Shown: piece by piece, positions 1 to 13,147 of the stretch
Layout of the letters: each line of letters opens with the position of its first letter
Position numbering within the stretch: position 1 is the stretch's first letter
Assembly (NCBI GenBank): GCA_047495785.1
Contig: JBLDXI010000017.1
Coordinates: 2,356,001 to 2,420,000, forward strand
Length of the DNA: 64,000 bases
From: Lepidodermella squamata
Lineage: Eukaryota; Animalia; Gastrotricha
Reading direction: 5' to 3'
The notes under the pieces: generated by a model
The model's database searches: none
Told to the model about the DNA's origin: nothing
The model's input: the letters and a program-made list of their open reading frames with translations, nothing else
Translations under genes and position numbers: made by a program

Positions 1-3000
1 GATTCCAGAACCTCAGCCAAGGCTGCAACCAGCTTCGAAACTGCGTACACAGACTCTAGCACGTTTTGTCCAAGCTTATTTTTGATAAGCATCGATGCCC
101 CAAGAGCGGCAAGGAGTGTAATGAACCTCAGACTCTGTTAATTTCCTCAATAGATAAAAATTCGGTAGATTAAAGTAAATTTACCGGCGTTGGCAGCGTA
201 ACAAGGAAATGGAGGATAGTATTGCCTTCGCCATCTTGCGTATCGAAAACATTCGGCATCTTTGTCTGCCTCTCAGATTCTTCTCGACTTTTAGGGTTGT
301 TGAAGCTCTTCGCAATAAAACGTAAACAAGCCTCAAGTCTGTCTTCGAGCTCAACTTGACCCGTCGTCGTATTTTCGAACTGATAACTATTCGCGTTTTC
401 AATCAAGTAGTGCAACGGCGTTTTGCCCGATGCATCGGGTTTGGTCACCTGGGAACCTCGATCAGCTAGAAGTTGAACAATAGTAGTGTCAGCCTGGCGG
501 CAAGCAAAATGCATAGGGGTAAGTCCAGTTTTATCGGCTTGGTTGGAATCGGAGCCCAGTTTCAACAGCTTTTCTACAACATCTGTTTTCTTCTTCTGAA
601 TCGCGTATATCAGGGCCGTCCTGCCGTCGTTATCTGGCACGTCCAGCATTGTGCTGGACTGCTCGAGTAAAATCCTGGTCATGACGTCGTCGTCTGCGAG
701 TATCGCCTTGGTTAGCAGCACCTGATTGTTTGATTCGACATCTTTCACGTTGAGAATACTCGCGCCCTTTGACAAGAGAACAGTCAACGCTTCTTCGTTT
801 TGCTTTCCGACCAGGACACCCAGACACGTCAATCCCCTGACGTTGGGAATGGCAGGGTCAGAGCCATGAGAAAGCAAGTATGACATCATGTCGGTGTCTT
901 CAAGCTCCGTAGCTAAGAAAAGAGCAGTTCTGCCAAGCTTATCTTGAGCATTCAAAGGCTGCCTGGAAAATGTTCAAAAAAATTGATGAAAAATAAGCTT
1001 ATCAACAGCTGAACAGAAGTGCAGAAAATCGATCAACACGCAAGTGCTCACAAAATCTAGTGACATGCAGAAGAGTGAGAAACACTACAGTTTCATACCT
1101 GACGTCAATATCAAAGCGGCTGTTTCATGAAAGATGAATTTGAGAAAAATAAAATGAACGAAGTAAATAAACCATTTTTGCAATGTTTTCCCACGACAAG
1201 CTTCAGATGTAAAAATAAATTTCGAAGCAGTTAACTATCCTGAGCTGTAGCTGTACCAGTATACTTCGGGTGCGTATCTATTTTGGCCTCAAAAGCGATC
1301 ATTACCTTCCAGCTTCGATCAAAGCTCTAACCATGTCCAACCTCCGCATCGTTACCGCTTTCATCAAAGCAGTGAAACCGGTTCGTTTAACAGGTGTCGT
1401 CATGAGAACGTTGAACTGCGTTGCAATGCTTAGAATATAGTTGAAACACCGTTCCGAGTTATTTTCGATAGCAAGGTACATTAATGTGTGACCCGCAAAA
1501 TCAACTGCGTTCACATCAGCCTTGCATTTTTGCACGAGGAACTTCAATAGTTCATCGTTATCTTCGACCGTTGCAAACATCGCCGGGGTACGGCCGTTAA
1601 TTTGACGCCCATTTACATTGGCGCCATATTTGATTAGTAGTTGGATGCAAGCGGGATCGTTGTTCAATACCGCCGTGTGCAATGGCAAATATTCGCCCCG
1701 ACCTTCCCATATTTCGGCTGAAATTAAAATAGCCGAATTAGTTTATGGTGATAATCATTGGAAAATTCCTACTGTTGGCGCCTGCTAGAAGCAGACTTTG
1801 CACAACCTTTGCATAGCTTGATTGAACTGCCAGATGCAAGGCTGTGAAGCCATAGTCGTCGCGAGTGTTCATTCTGATTTTCGAAGATTTAACCAGCAAT
1901 TCGACAACTACTCATCGGCACTACTTATAAGAGAATTTAGCACGTAAATCATTACATACCTTCGTTGTGATTTCTGTAAGCGGCAAGATGTAGTGCGGTC
2001 ATGTTGTTATAAGCCTTCGCATTTATCTAAAAAACCACAAATAATAAGTGAAACAGCGAAAATAATCTCTGTGTACGTTTGCTCCGAATTCCACCAAAAA
2101 TCTACACGCATCGTAATGGCCAAACCAAGATGCTACCATAAGAGGCGTCCAATGGTTATTGGGCAACTCGTCGTCTTTCGGGGCCCCGGCCTCGAGCAGC
2201 TTTTTCACTGTCAAGCCATCGCCTGTTTCAGCGGCGTACATCAAAACAGAAATACCTGGGGGAAATGTTGAGGCTGGGAATGAATGCTGATAGGAATGGT
2301 GAAGTGCTCACCGAAATCATTCCTCTGCTCTTTAGCATCCAATCCTTTAGACAGCAAGGTAGTAATCGCGCCAGATTCCCCAGATTTTGCTGCCATAATC
2401 AGGGCATTATTGCCGTATCGGACGTCTTTGGTTGGTGGCAATGTCTTCATTCGGCTGGCTAGAATTTTGACAATATCAGTGTGTTTGTTTTGACAAGAAA
2501 ACATCAACGCATCGAAACCGTCACTCTGAACTGCGTTCAGGTCAACTTGACCTATTGCGGGGAAAAATAGCGCAGAATTCCGAATGAGCCATGTTCCACC
2601 GAATCTAATCAACGGCTTACCAGTTTTCAAGAGCGAATTTACAACAGCCGTGTGACCTTTAGCTGCTGCAAACATCAAAGGAGTGTGGCCACGGCTATCT
2701 GTTGTATTCACATTTGCCCCCTTGGCGATCAACAACGAGGCGACCGAGCCTCTCCCTTCTTGAGCAGCAACCTTGAATAAATATATATCCGGTTAGTTAT
2801 AGTTATATAAGACTTCATCACGAGGAACATACGGATAAAGGAGTTGCGCCATCTTTGTTGTTCGCTTCGATTTTGCCCCCAGCTTCGATGAGCAAAGCAG
2901 CTATTTTGTCGTAGCCGAAGTAAGCAGCAAGATGCAAAGGCGTCCACATTTCATTGTCATGAACGTCGACAAATGCCCTCGCTACTAACAAGGCTCTGAC

Positions 3001-3760
3001 GTTATCTTCGCAACCACCTTAGCAAATCAATATTGGTAGTAGGATTCAGTCCGATATTGAGTAATCTTACATTTCACTGCGTACATTAGAGGTGTATAGC
3101 CGAATCGTTGGATTATGTTGACCTCAGCGTTGTAGGATATCATTTCTTTACAAAGGTCGATATTGGACGCATGTGCACCCTGGCATATGAACATGAAAGG
3201 CGTCATCCCATAAAGGTCTAATTCAATATTATAAAGTTTATGCAAGTTTCAAAAAAGTTGGTTATCTTACCTTGAAAGTTTATCAAAATCCGCGCTCTAG
3301 GAGCAAGGTATTTGACCAGCTCAATATGATTATACTCGGCAGCATAATGCAAAATTGTCTTGTTCATGCCGTCTTGGGCATAAATGTCTGCACCCTGTTT
3401 CTGCATTTCTTGTATTAACGCCTGGCGATTGAACCGAGCTGCATAATGACAGGCTTTCCACCAATATTCCAGAGGACGTTTAGCCATTGCTTTGCGAGGA
3501 AACGGCGTTTGGAAAAACAACCGCGCTTGTTGTACTGTCGACATTCTTTTGAGCCATGCTTGCATCTCATTTTTGCGGTCGAAGTATATGATATCGATTA
3601 GTTGAATAAGTTCCGGAGTCTCATTCAGATCGGGATCAGAAAAATCGACTTCAAACATGTTAAGCCCAGCATCGGCAATCTCAGCTCGCTTTGTGGCATC
3701 TAAGATAGTTCCCGGGCCGATTTTTCCGCCAGTCGATCTTTTCTGAGAAAGTGGAATCAT
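1..3760 (-). CDS. Large ankyrin-repeat protein (~24 ANK repeats visible), multi-exon, 3' end runs off the left edge
   Basis: ORFs 3218-3790, 3027-3245, 2241-2735, 2023-2244, 1302-1688 and 170-955 join through GT-AG introns (e.g. 3270-3218, 53 nt) into one frame of TPLH-type repeats (KTILHYAA, WTPLHLAA, HTPLMFAA, RTALIYAI, LTPMHFAC, KTPLHYLI). Start is ATG 3760 or the in-frame ATG at 3775. The frame is still open at base 1, so the C-terminal domain is unknown. Confidence 0.9.
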
Positions 3761-6700
3761 GATATATGCCTGCATATACCATAGAGACAACTAAAAATCG
3801 CAAGGCAACAAAAAAAAATCACAAGCAAAGCAACGTAAATAATAGGTGCGTCTTATGCATAAATCGACGAAAATTTAACAGCTCGAATACCTTTCCAAGC
3901 TTATTCATTGCTCGAGATGCCATAATTAAGCCGCGTCTAGTTTGCGCCCAAAAGTTCGCTTGATTGCGAAAGAAATGCAAGCACAATTCAGTCCAATTTC
4001 AGTCTAGTTGAATTTCTCAAGAGAAGAGGTTAAATGCCTGCCGTTTCAGCCTTAAGAGAGGACAACTACCGTTGGAAACATGCTTCTTATTTCTTTGCAT
4101 GCATAATTTAGCGCTTCCAAGTTTACAACAAGCAGCACAATGAGCAGTAGATCAATATTCTGTCGATCGCAACGTAGCGGCAATATCAAGCTCAACTTAA
4201 ATATCATAAATATCATTAAGATGCGGCAGCACCAACGAATATTTTTCTCCCATCGTTATGTTCAGAAAGCGTTCAGCCTATAAAATAGGAAGGTGTTGAC
4301 AAATTTACAACTCGGTATAGTATTGATGCTGATGTGTCTATGTCTCAATGGAGTGAATACGTCATTTCTTTGAAGCTCGCGGGCGCACTTTTTGAAGGCA
4401 ATAAGTCGCATGGGCTTTCACATAGGATAACGCATGAAATCTTAGCATAAAATGTTTTCAAAGAGGACTGAAGTGCAGAAAGCCGGTTACTGTAAAAGAT
4501 GCGCTCATTTCGACAACAAATGTATCTCATTCTTGCCTTTCCTGCCGATGATGAGATGAATGACTTTATAACTGAGGCGCAGCTGCGTCGCATGGCTTAT
4601 TCTTTCTGTTATCTTAGGAGATGTCTAGCAGCGGCTCTTGAATTTTGCAAATAATCATCCACCGACGTCCGGAGTCAAGTGCTGTTAACAAAATATCTTA
4701 TGGAAAGCAGAGATAGCAGCAGATTGAAAGGATAAATATTGAGAATTAACAACGCCGTAATTTTTCGGAACTTTTTTGCTTGTGCATTTCAACTTCTCGA
4801 CACAAAAAGCATTCGTCTCCCGGCTTCACACGACAGTGTAAAATGTATATTTGTTGATCAAGCTGATTTGTATCAAGTTTTCTCTATAAGCTATAAGCTA
4901 TAAGCCCTTGAGCCTTGCAGGTTCCAGCACGAGGCTTGGCTTCTGCATTCCTCTTTAAACCTGAAATCAATGCGGCAAAGAAAATAGCCCGTATAATCTT
5001 TATTATTTCAATTGTTATTTTTTTACAACAAGAATACTAATTTTTAGGTAAAACTTTTTTGGCGGAAAATCAAGAAAATTCAAACGCACGCGGTACTGCT
5101 CATCGTGACTTTTGACGTTTCTTGTCTATATTCTTCTCCGAATGTAACTGAGCAGACAGTCGACAGTCACTGGCTTCAGTTTCTGCCAGCTGCCAGTCAT
5201 CACTCAGCGAAACTGTGATCGATCAGTGGCCAATTTCTTAGCGCATTTTCGGTGACGAGGAGCATATTGAACTGAGGGGGACTCTTTTTGATTCGTGCGG
5301 CTTTATAGAGTATGCCAAAATAAGTCAGGTTTTATTTCTCTCTCCCACGGCTAATGCTGAGGAAGAAAAAGACAAGGAAACCCCTATCACTCACCTAGCT
5401 CCGCTCTGCGAACGCTGTGAAGTTTGCTCTTTTTGTAAACTGAACGAATCGAACAATTCAAGGCCATTCGTTTCGTTTAAAGGCTGTTGCTTCGGTAAAG
5501 TTCCAATGGTTTTATTTAGCTTCCATTACATTACATTACTTCCATCTTTACGAGGTCTATAACGAGGTGCCATCTGTCATCTGTCTATTTCTTGACTCTT
5601 GATTACTTTAACTTGGTCCTACTTTCTTATGCATGAGACTCAACAATCGGTCATGAGTCTGCGTCGTTCGTTATTTGTTATTTGTTGAGTCTTATCTTGT
5701 CGAATCTGCTGACAAGCTACCCATTGGCTGAACTTGGAACTCGCTAATAGTATTGACTAACCACTAGCCTAGCCAAGTCATGTCTTAATGCATAATTCAC
5801 TTTCGGCCAAAAAGATCCGACCACGTTAGTTTTTGAAGTTGTTAGTTTATTTTGATGATATCTATCCAATCGTTTTCAAAATAACAGATAAATTATTAAT
5901 ATATACATATTAAGGAGTATTTTGAGCCGAGCGGAGCTTATAACGTCTAACGTCTAAAAGCATTCTCGCTTTCAAGATCGAGTTCGATTATACGCGTGCG
6001 CTAAGTCATTCATAACTGTAAATAAACTCATGACCCAACTAATCAATTGGCTATTTTTTCCTAATTCAAAGATCAATTTTCGAAATTGAGTAAACATACC
6101 GAGCGCCTTACTGAATTGCCAATTTTTTATAATTCGTTTTGCGATTATAATTTTTCAGCTTGACTGTTATCGTCAAAACAGTGATAACTGCCAATTTATC
6201 CTCCTGCTACTTGACATCTCTCATGGTAGTTAGCTATAAGATAGTGGGTGCAAGGAATTTTTATGGTTCGTTTGACGTCACCCGGGACTTATCTTATTTA
6301 CTTGGTATCGCGGGTATTAATTAATGATTTGGGGGCTAGCGCGTTGCTTGAGGTTATTTCTGCTGCCATAGCGTAATGACCTGCAACCTGCAATCCTTGA
6401 GAGATGTCAATAGCTTAGTCTCTCGTTTCTCAGTTGTTGTTTGCTCAACGTTTGAGGCGTTCAGTCCGCGGCTGCCCGCTCTTTCTGCGCATTAGTTTTG
6501 ACGTTGTGTGACCATCACTTGTGGCAGATTACCTTGCACTTCCATTGTTTTTCAATGTTTTTGTTACCATTTACCATAATTTAGGCAAATGACATTGCGC
6601 TGGTAGCGGCGAGCTAGATTGCGGCTTTTTACCGTGTTCCTAAGATTTGCGGAGAGGATATGTAAACCATGAATTGAGCTGATAGTATTACTTATACAAA

Positions 6701-9700
6701 ATGTTCAAATTTTAATTGCTAGTTTTAATTTGTAAAAACTAATGTAGCTCATAGTCTCACAAGCTAAATAGTCGCTGCTAATTTATTACGCACTAATTAG
6801 CTAGTTCTCATGACTGATTCGCAGCTTTTACCTTGAGCTATTCTGTTAAAAACAACCGATTAATTCCATGTGTCTTTGTGATAATTTCGTTTTCCGGAAG
6901 TGCGCTTTATTAGCGTAGGCGTTGTATGCAATATAACTTTTATCTTGGCGTCGAATGCGCGACCCTAACGCTCACGAAACGATAACAGATAATTTACCAG
7001 TGCATGGGCGCAGATTTTCCGTTGGTGTATAGTATTATACTCTCATATGTTTGCCTTAGCGACTGCAACTAGGCGTAAATTTTGTTGTTCTTGCGCGTCG
7101 GCTTTAATTTTTGCCGTTGGGCTGTCTATGATAGACTTCTTCTCATCATCTCCGGTGTGCTCTTGACGACTGGGCCATTATTAGAGGGTCTCAAGTTCAA
7201 TATTGGATTAAACTCGCGACAAATTGAATCGCCCCTGCTCTCGAAGGTGCACATTGCTATTGGCGAGGTGAACTAGCCCGGTTATCGTAAGAACTGCGTA
7301 AGAATTCGTGCGGTCTTGCGCCGTATTTCGTAATCTTTGACGATATTGGTGTTGGGCTGCTATGCCTCTTGACACTATGGCGAGTTGAATAGCGAGACGC
7401 CAAATCAGCTGTACGAATCACGTTCTAGATGAGTATACTTTTTGATAATTTTCTTGCCACTTCTATTTACAGAATTTAGCTAAATAGGTTTAATAGTTTT
7501 AAAAGGGCTCATTTTAACCGTAAATGAGCTTTCTCTTGTTTTTGCTATTGATGCGTTAGTTTTTGCGATTATGCTTTTAAGGCGAACCTTTTTACCTGCA
7601 CGTTTTAAGTGACAGTAAACAATCAACAATTTTTCAGACACATCTCACCATTTCTCCGCCGTGCACTCGAGTGCAAAATTACGATTCGAAGAAGCCTGCT
7701 GTTTACGGAATTGATTTGCTACTACTTCGTGCCGAAACGCCTGATTTCTTATCCATCTCCGTTCCGATTGTTTACAGATTTTCATAGTCAATGTTTGTGA
7801 TCTTTATTGTGTATAACGCGGGAGCTGTCATTATTGACTACCAGCACGCGTGTGTGATGTCATGGTAAGAAGCCGCCGCGCCAAGTTCAGCGCCAGTTTC
7901 AACAAGTCGGTCGGTCGGGCGCCCTCCGAAAAATTCTGGGTGATGCGCGATGCTACTAATACATAGTAGTGCCAGCTCTAGAGGCGCTTTAATTAGCGTC
8001 GGTTTCGTCTGCGCACATATCTAACCAGAGAAGAATCATCAAATAATAAATAATCGCAGTGATAATATTAAAACACGCGCATTCCATCAACCCGATTTAT
8101 TCTACACTGCTGCTTTTTCTTCGCGCATTCCACAGGGTGTTGGCAGTGGTCTTTCGCGCTTCCCGTAGTGCCAAGTACCCGATTTGGCCGTTGTATCGCG
8201 CGCATCCGTTTCGTCTATTAAATCGCCATTTGTTCATTCAGTGGTAATTGCGCGCCGCTGCTCTGTTTTTCGCAGCGTGTGTTTTGATCCATTTCAAATT
8301 GTTAATTTATTTTTCTTAGCAATCTGCGCTGCCCACACTGTACGTTTTTGTTATCGTTCTGGTGGCAGCAGTTATGATACTACTTCTACTACTGGTGGTG
8401 TGTTGTTTTTGTTAACGTTTTCTCCGTTATTTACGTTGAATGGTATTATTAGCCGGCTAATATCCTCGGACTTTTATTGTCATCTGGCGGCGGCAGGCAT
8501 TGTAATACTACTACTACTGCTTTGCAATATTCATTATTTTAGCTGGCAGGGTGGCAAAAATATACACATGTTGTTTCTCCTTAGCCAGATTGAGCCTGCG
8601 AAGTAGTTGTAGTACATTAAGGCAGAGGCTGAGATGAGCGTCGCTCGGCATCTTTGCCCAATAGCGTATAGTAATGTGAAACAAGCTGAAGAAAGTGAGT
8701 GTCCGCTCGTGCTGTGGCGCGCTCGATGCATTTTTAGTTAACAATTCTTTTGTTTCGGCCCGCAGAACTTTTTCCTCAGCCCTCCACACCGCTGCCGAGT
8801 AGGTAAAATCCCAACATGCTAATTCGCTATTATTTGTATACCTATCCACTCGGTCTTATGAGTTCGCGTGCAACCGGCCACCTCTAACGCCATTTATCTC
8901 ACCATGTTTCTTTTTCCGCAAAAATAACATATTATTGTTTCAGTTTCGCCCGTTTTGCGACCGCGCGGCTTCCATGCGATGTAGTACGCCGAATGAAAAT
9001 GCTATGATAATATTGATTCGCGCGATCTTGCGATGAAAAAGAAATTTTCAACCCGCTGAGGGACTGCTGCTGTGGCATGTCCATTAAACAGCCGGGATTT
9101 CCACATGATAGCCATCATCATTTTATTACGTTATTTTTACTACATTCAGCTATACTAGCTCCCACATGACACGCCATCGCGATTTCTTCCGGAAAACGCC
9201 ACGCGAGCAACAAAAACACGTTAACGTGATATTATTGTGACGATGATGTTGAATTTTGCATACACTGCAAAATATTTCGCTCAATTTCACTCCGCTCATA
9301 ATTTAATTCAAAACCACTGATGGTACTCGCGCGCGAGTTGCACGTGCCAGTTACGAGTAAACAACATTTTCTCGTTTACAAATTATAATGCGCCGTCGTT
9401 GAGATGAAGATGTCGTTTAAGGCAGACAACTTGCGCGCCTGTTATCTTATTTTTTCCACCGCAACAACTGTTAAGCCGTAATAAAAACCTAAAGTGCACG
9501 TTATTTTATTGCTCTTTTTCGTTTTTCAAGAAAGTCCTTAGCTACTCGTGTTTAACACGGCTAGTATCATGTAGATATTAGTGAAAATTGATTATTAGAC
9601 CGCGCACACCTCAGACTTCTAAAATGCGTGCGAATTTTCTCCCCCAAAAAAATTCACGGTTGTAAAGCCGTGCTATTAAGGTGGACACGTGCTCGGCGAT

Positions 9701-12700
9701 GCTGTTAAGTTGCGTATAGCACCTCGCCGGCTCGCTTCAAACGTAACTTTCTGCACCTTCACTAAAACTTGCCTTTGTTCTTCATAGCAGTTGTGTTAGT
9801 AGTGTAGGCTACCTCACTAAGTCTCACTATTTTCGCGCCCTTTTTTCGCTCTATTATGCGGTAATGATTGTTATTTTCTCTCGCCGTTGTTACCTGTTTG
9901 TGTTACTCATTTTCAACTTGAAAAGGGGCTTGATAATACGACGTGCCAGCCGCTCTTGATTCATATTATTGCCGGCTTTCGGGAGTTCCTGGTTTTAAAT
10001 AATTACATAGCCTAACATATATGCCGAGACTGCCTCTTAGCGTTTTGCGAATAAAGTGAAGGAGGAAAGGTCGGGTAGAAAACACCATTTCACACTTCAG
10101 CCGCGCGCTTTCTACCGCATTGAATCCTGGCTTCTTTAGACATTACGACTCGCCGAAATAACGGAGACTCTTACCACACCACTTCCAGCCCGTGTTTTCT
10201 GTTTTCTACATCACGGGCCAATGGCTTTGTGTTACGCTGCGGTTAATAATAGATATTAGACGATGATGATGATGATGGTACATGTTCTGCGTAGCCCGCG
10301 GCTTCGTTTTGCCAAATTTTCAATAATAATATGCTATCAAAACTTGGCGTGGCTGCGTTTGTTTAGTTATTTAGACGCGCACGGGCATGTTTTTCTAATA
10401 AAGCGCGCACTTTTTTAAACCACTCGGGCGTGATCCGGGGCGTATTAGCCGACTATGATCTCTTCCGCATCCACCTCTCGTCTTTTTTCGACGCGCGTTT
10501 CCTTCCGCCGTGAAAATACACAGCTGGGTCTTCCTTATAATACGTTAGAACAACAACAAGTGCACCAACGAAAATGGGCGGCGGAGCGTCAAAAACAACA
10601 AACTTCTTAGCAGCACGTGTTAATCAATTCAGCTGCCTGGTATTGTCGATGACCAGGGGCCCAGAAAAATCAACCTTGTTGTTTACTCGTTCTTAAAAAT
10701 TGATCGGATGCAATGTTAAAAAGCCAACACCAGCAATTTGTTTATTGTTTGCCTTTCGAGTTCTTTTCGCGTTCGCAATTTGACCTCATCGTTGGATACA
10801 CTTGGAACCGGACGCGTGGCGCTGTTTAGGGTCTAATCACTACATTTAGCCGCGAAAAATCGATTCCTATTATCGAGAACAGACGTTGCGTAACCCTGGC
10901 GGTGACCCACAACAAATTTAATTGGAAACCCCTTGTTACTACTGTACTGCATGAAACAAGACAGACGCGCCCGCTTTCTAATAATGAATGCATCGATACA
11001 TCATCTCGCAGTGTATTTTGAGGGCGTTCGCCGGCGCTTGCGCAATCGAGCGCTCTCTCTAGGATGTAGCGCCTCTTCGTGTTTGTGGATCTTGTCAGGC
11101 ACCACAAACATATCATCGAACACAGGAGCAGTCGTTTTGTAATTTGGTGCCTTGATGTTTGCTTTTGTTTCTCTTCTACGTGGCGGTATCTTAACGTTAT
11201 TACTGCGGCAGCAAATTATTAGCGTAACTTAATCTAGGCCCAATGTGTTATATTTGTACACCTAGTAACTAGAGGAAGAATAGCGAAACAAGTAAATGTT
11301 ATTACAAGTCTAGATGGCCAGATCAGATTCACCGTGTTTGTGCGCTTTTCGCCTGGCGTGTTCCATCCGTAGCAGCTTGGTAGGTGAAATCTTCCTGCTG
11401 CTTCGTGACCTTGGCGGAGGTGAGCGGCTTGTTGCAGTTAATGTGCGCGTTCCGGATAGATCATTAGCCTGCTACCTTGTTTGAACACACTTACCACCAG
11501 CACCACCGGCACCGCTTGTCTTGTTGTCTGCGCGGTGGCCTTTTTGTTACAACCATTTAATAGTTTATCTATAACGCACTTGTTTGCCATATTTACGAAT
11601 GTTCACGATTTAAATCTGCGTGACTTTTGTCACTGCCTAGGATTTTATGGTTCGCCGCTGTAAGCCTACGGAATTTTTATGAACAAAACGTTCTTCCTTA
11701 TTATTATTATCATCATTGGCAATATGAGGAGATTTTCCGTCGAAAGATGATTTGTTTCTTCACCGTTTTATTTGTCCGTACTCTGTGGCTTTTATTACGC
11801 CGTCTGCGCTGGCCCGTGCAACATATTATCCCCTGCTCTGCTGCTTCAGCCACTGCTTACGATACAACAGCGAGGCGCACTGTCAGTTACGCTTCGGTTA
11901 TATTGTTTTTTTATATCCCTCGTACTGACAGACGAGCGCCTCTCTTTTTTCGCCATGCGCTCTCAATTTTCACTATATTATGATTAACGCTACCGTTTTT
12001 CGATGAACTGTATACCGCTGGTTATATCTAGTTTTCGTACACAAAATACGCACGCAATAATGCCTGGCGGTTATTCAGCACAGCCCGGCGTGGTTACTTT
12101 TTGAACAAGTATCGTTGTTATTAGGCCTCATTACGTCTTGATTTCGTCAAAACACGTACCTCGAGTGGGGAGGGGGGTGAAGTGTCGACTGATACAGGTC
12201 CCATAATTTTGTTTATTCCGCGCCTAACTTCCCTCGCAGTCGGTGCAGCTACGTTTTGATGCAAATTTTGGCGTCGCTGTTGTTTAGCGGTGTCTATTCG
12301 CAAAGCCGCCTCATCATTCAGAAAGTGTCACGCCATTAATTGTTTCGCGCCGTTTCACGATCAAGTTGAAATGTCTCAAGCGGGTCTATTACCTCCTTTC
12401 AAACGCTTTATTTATAAACATTAAATTTTGGCGTGAGTTTTCGTTTTCTAGGGATTAGTTGAATATTACTATGATGTCGTCTTGGCGGTTTAATAATTTG
12501 TCACTTTACATGAATAAAATTAAGTGCGAGCAGCGCGGAAGTGGTGCATCTTCAGCGCGTGTCTGGTACATCTCATTTAGGCTCGTGCTTTCGATTTTTT
12601 GACAGCACGCGTTTAATAAATTGCGAGCGCGTGTTTCAGTACTACGATAATGATGATGTTGCAAGATTCTTGACTTTTTTTCATCAGACAAGTAGCTGCA

Positions 12701-13147
12701 TTTACTAGTCGATTGGATGCATTTTTTCTCGCCACTGCGATCATCACACTGGTATCATCATCAGCAACGATATCGATTTTTTATTATTGCGATTTCAATA
12801 ATAACTTGAATAATAACGTGTTACTCGTAGCTTCTTATCCAAAAATCATTGTTTATTTTCTTGTTTCCCATGAAATGAGTCGTTGATTTCCGCACGCCGA
12901 AGTGGCGCCGGCCATTTGAAGATTTCATCTCGAGTGGTGATGTCAAATATTTATTTTTCCTGCCCAGCTATTGTTTCTGCTTGTAATATTAATTCTTGAA
13001 TATTTTCTCTAGGATTTATTGTGTTAATTTATTGCGGAATTATTTTTCAACACAAAAAATGGATTAATTCGCTGGTTTCTCGTTTGCCGTTGCTTTGTTG
13101 GGTCGTTGTTATTATTAAAACTTATTACTATCATTAATATCACCACC

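Noticed and set aside
4345-12691. Many 60-140 aa ORFs between the ankyrin and KASH genes
   Set aside because: Many start at non-ATG codons, show F/L/I/R-rich composition typical of T-rich non-coding DNA, and have no recognisable domains or consistent exon chains.
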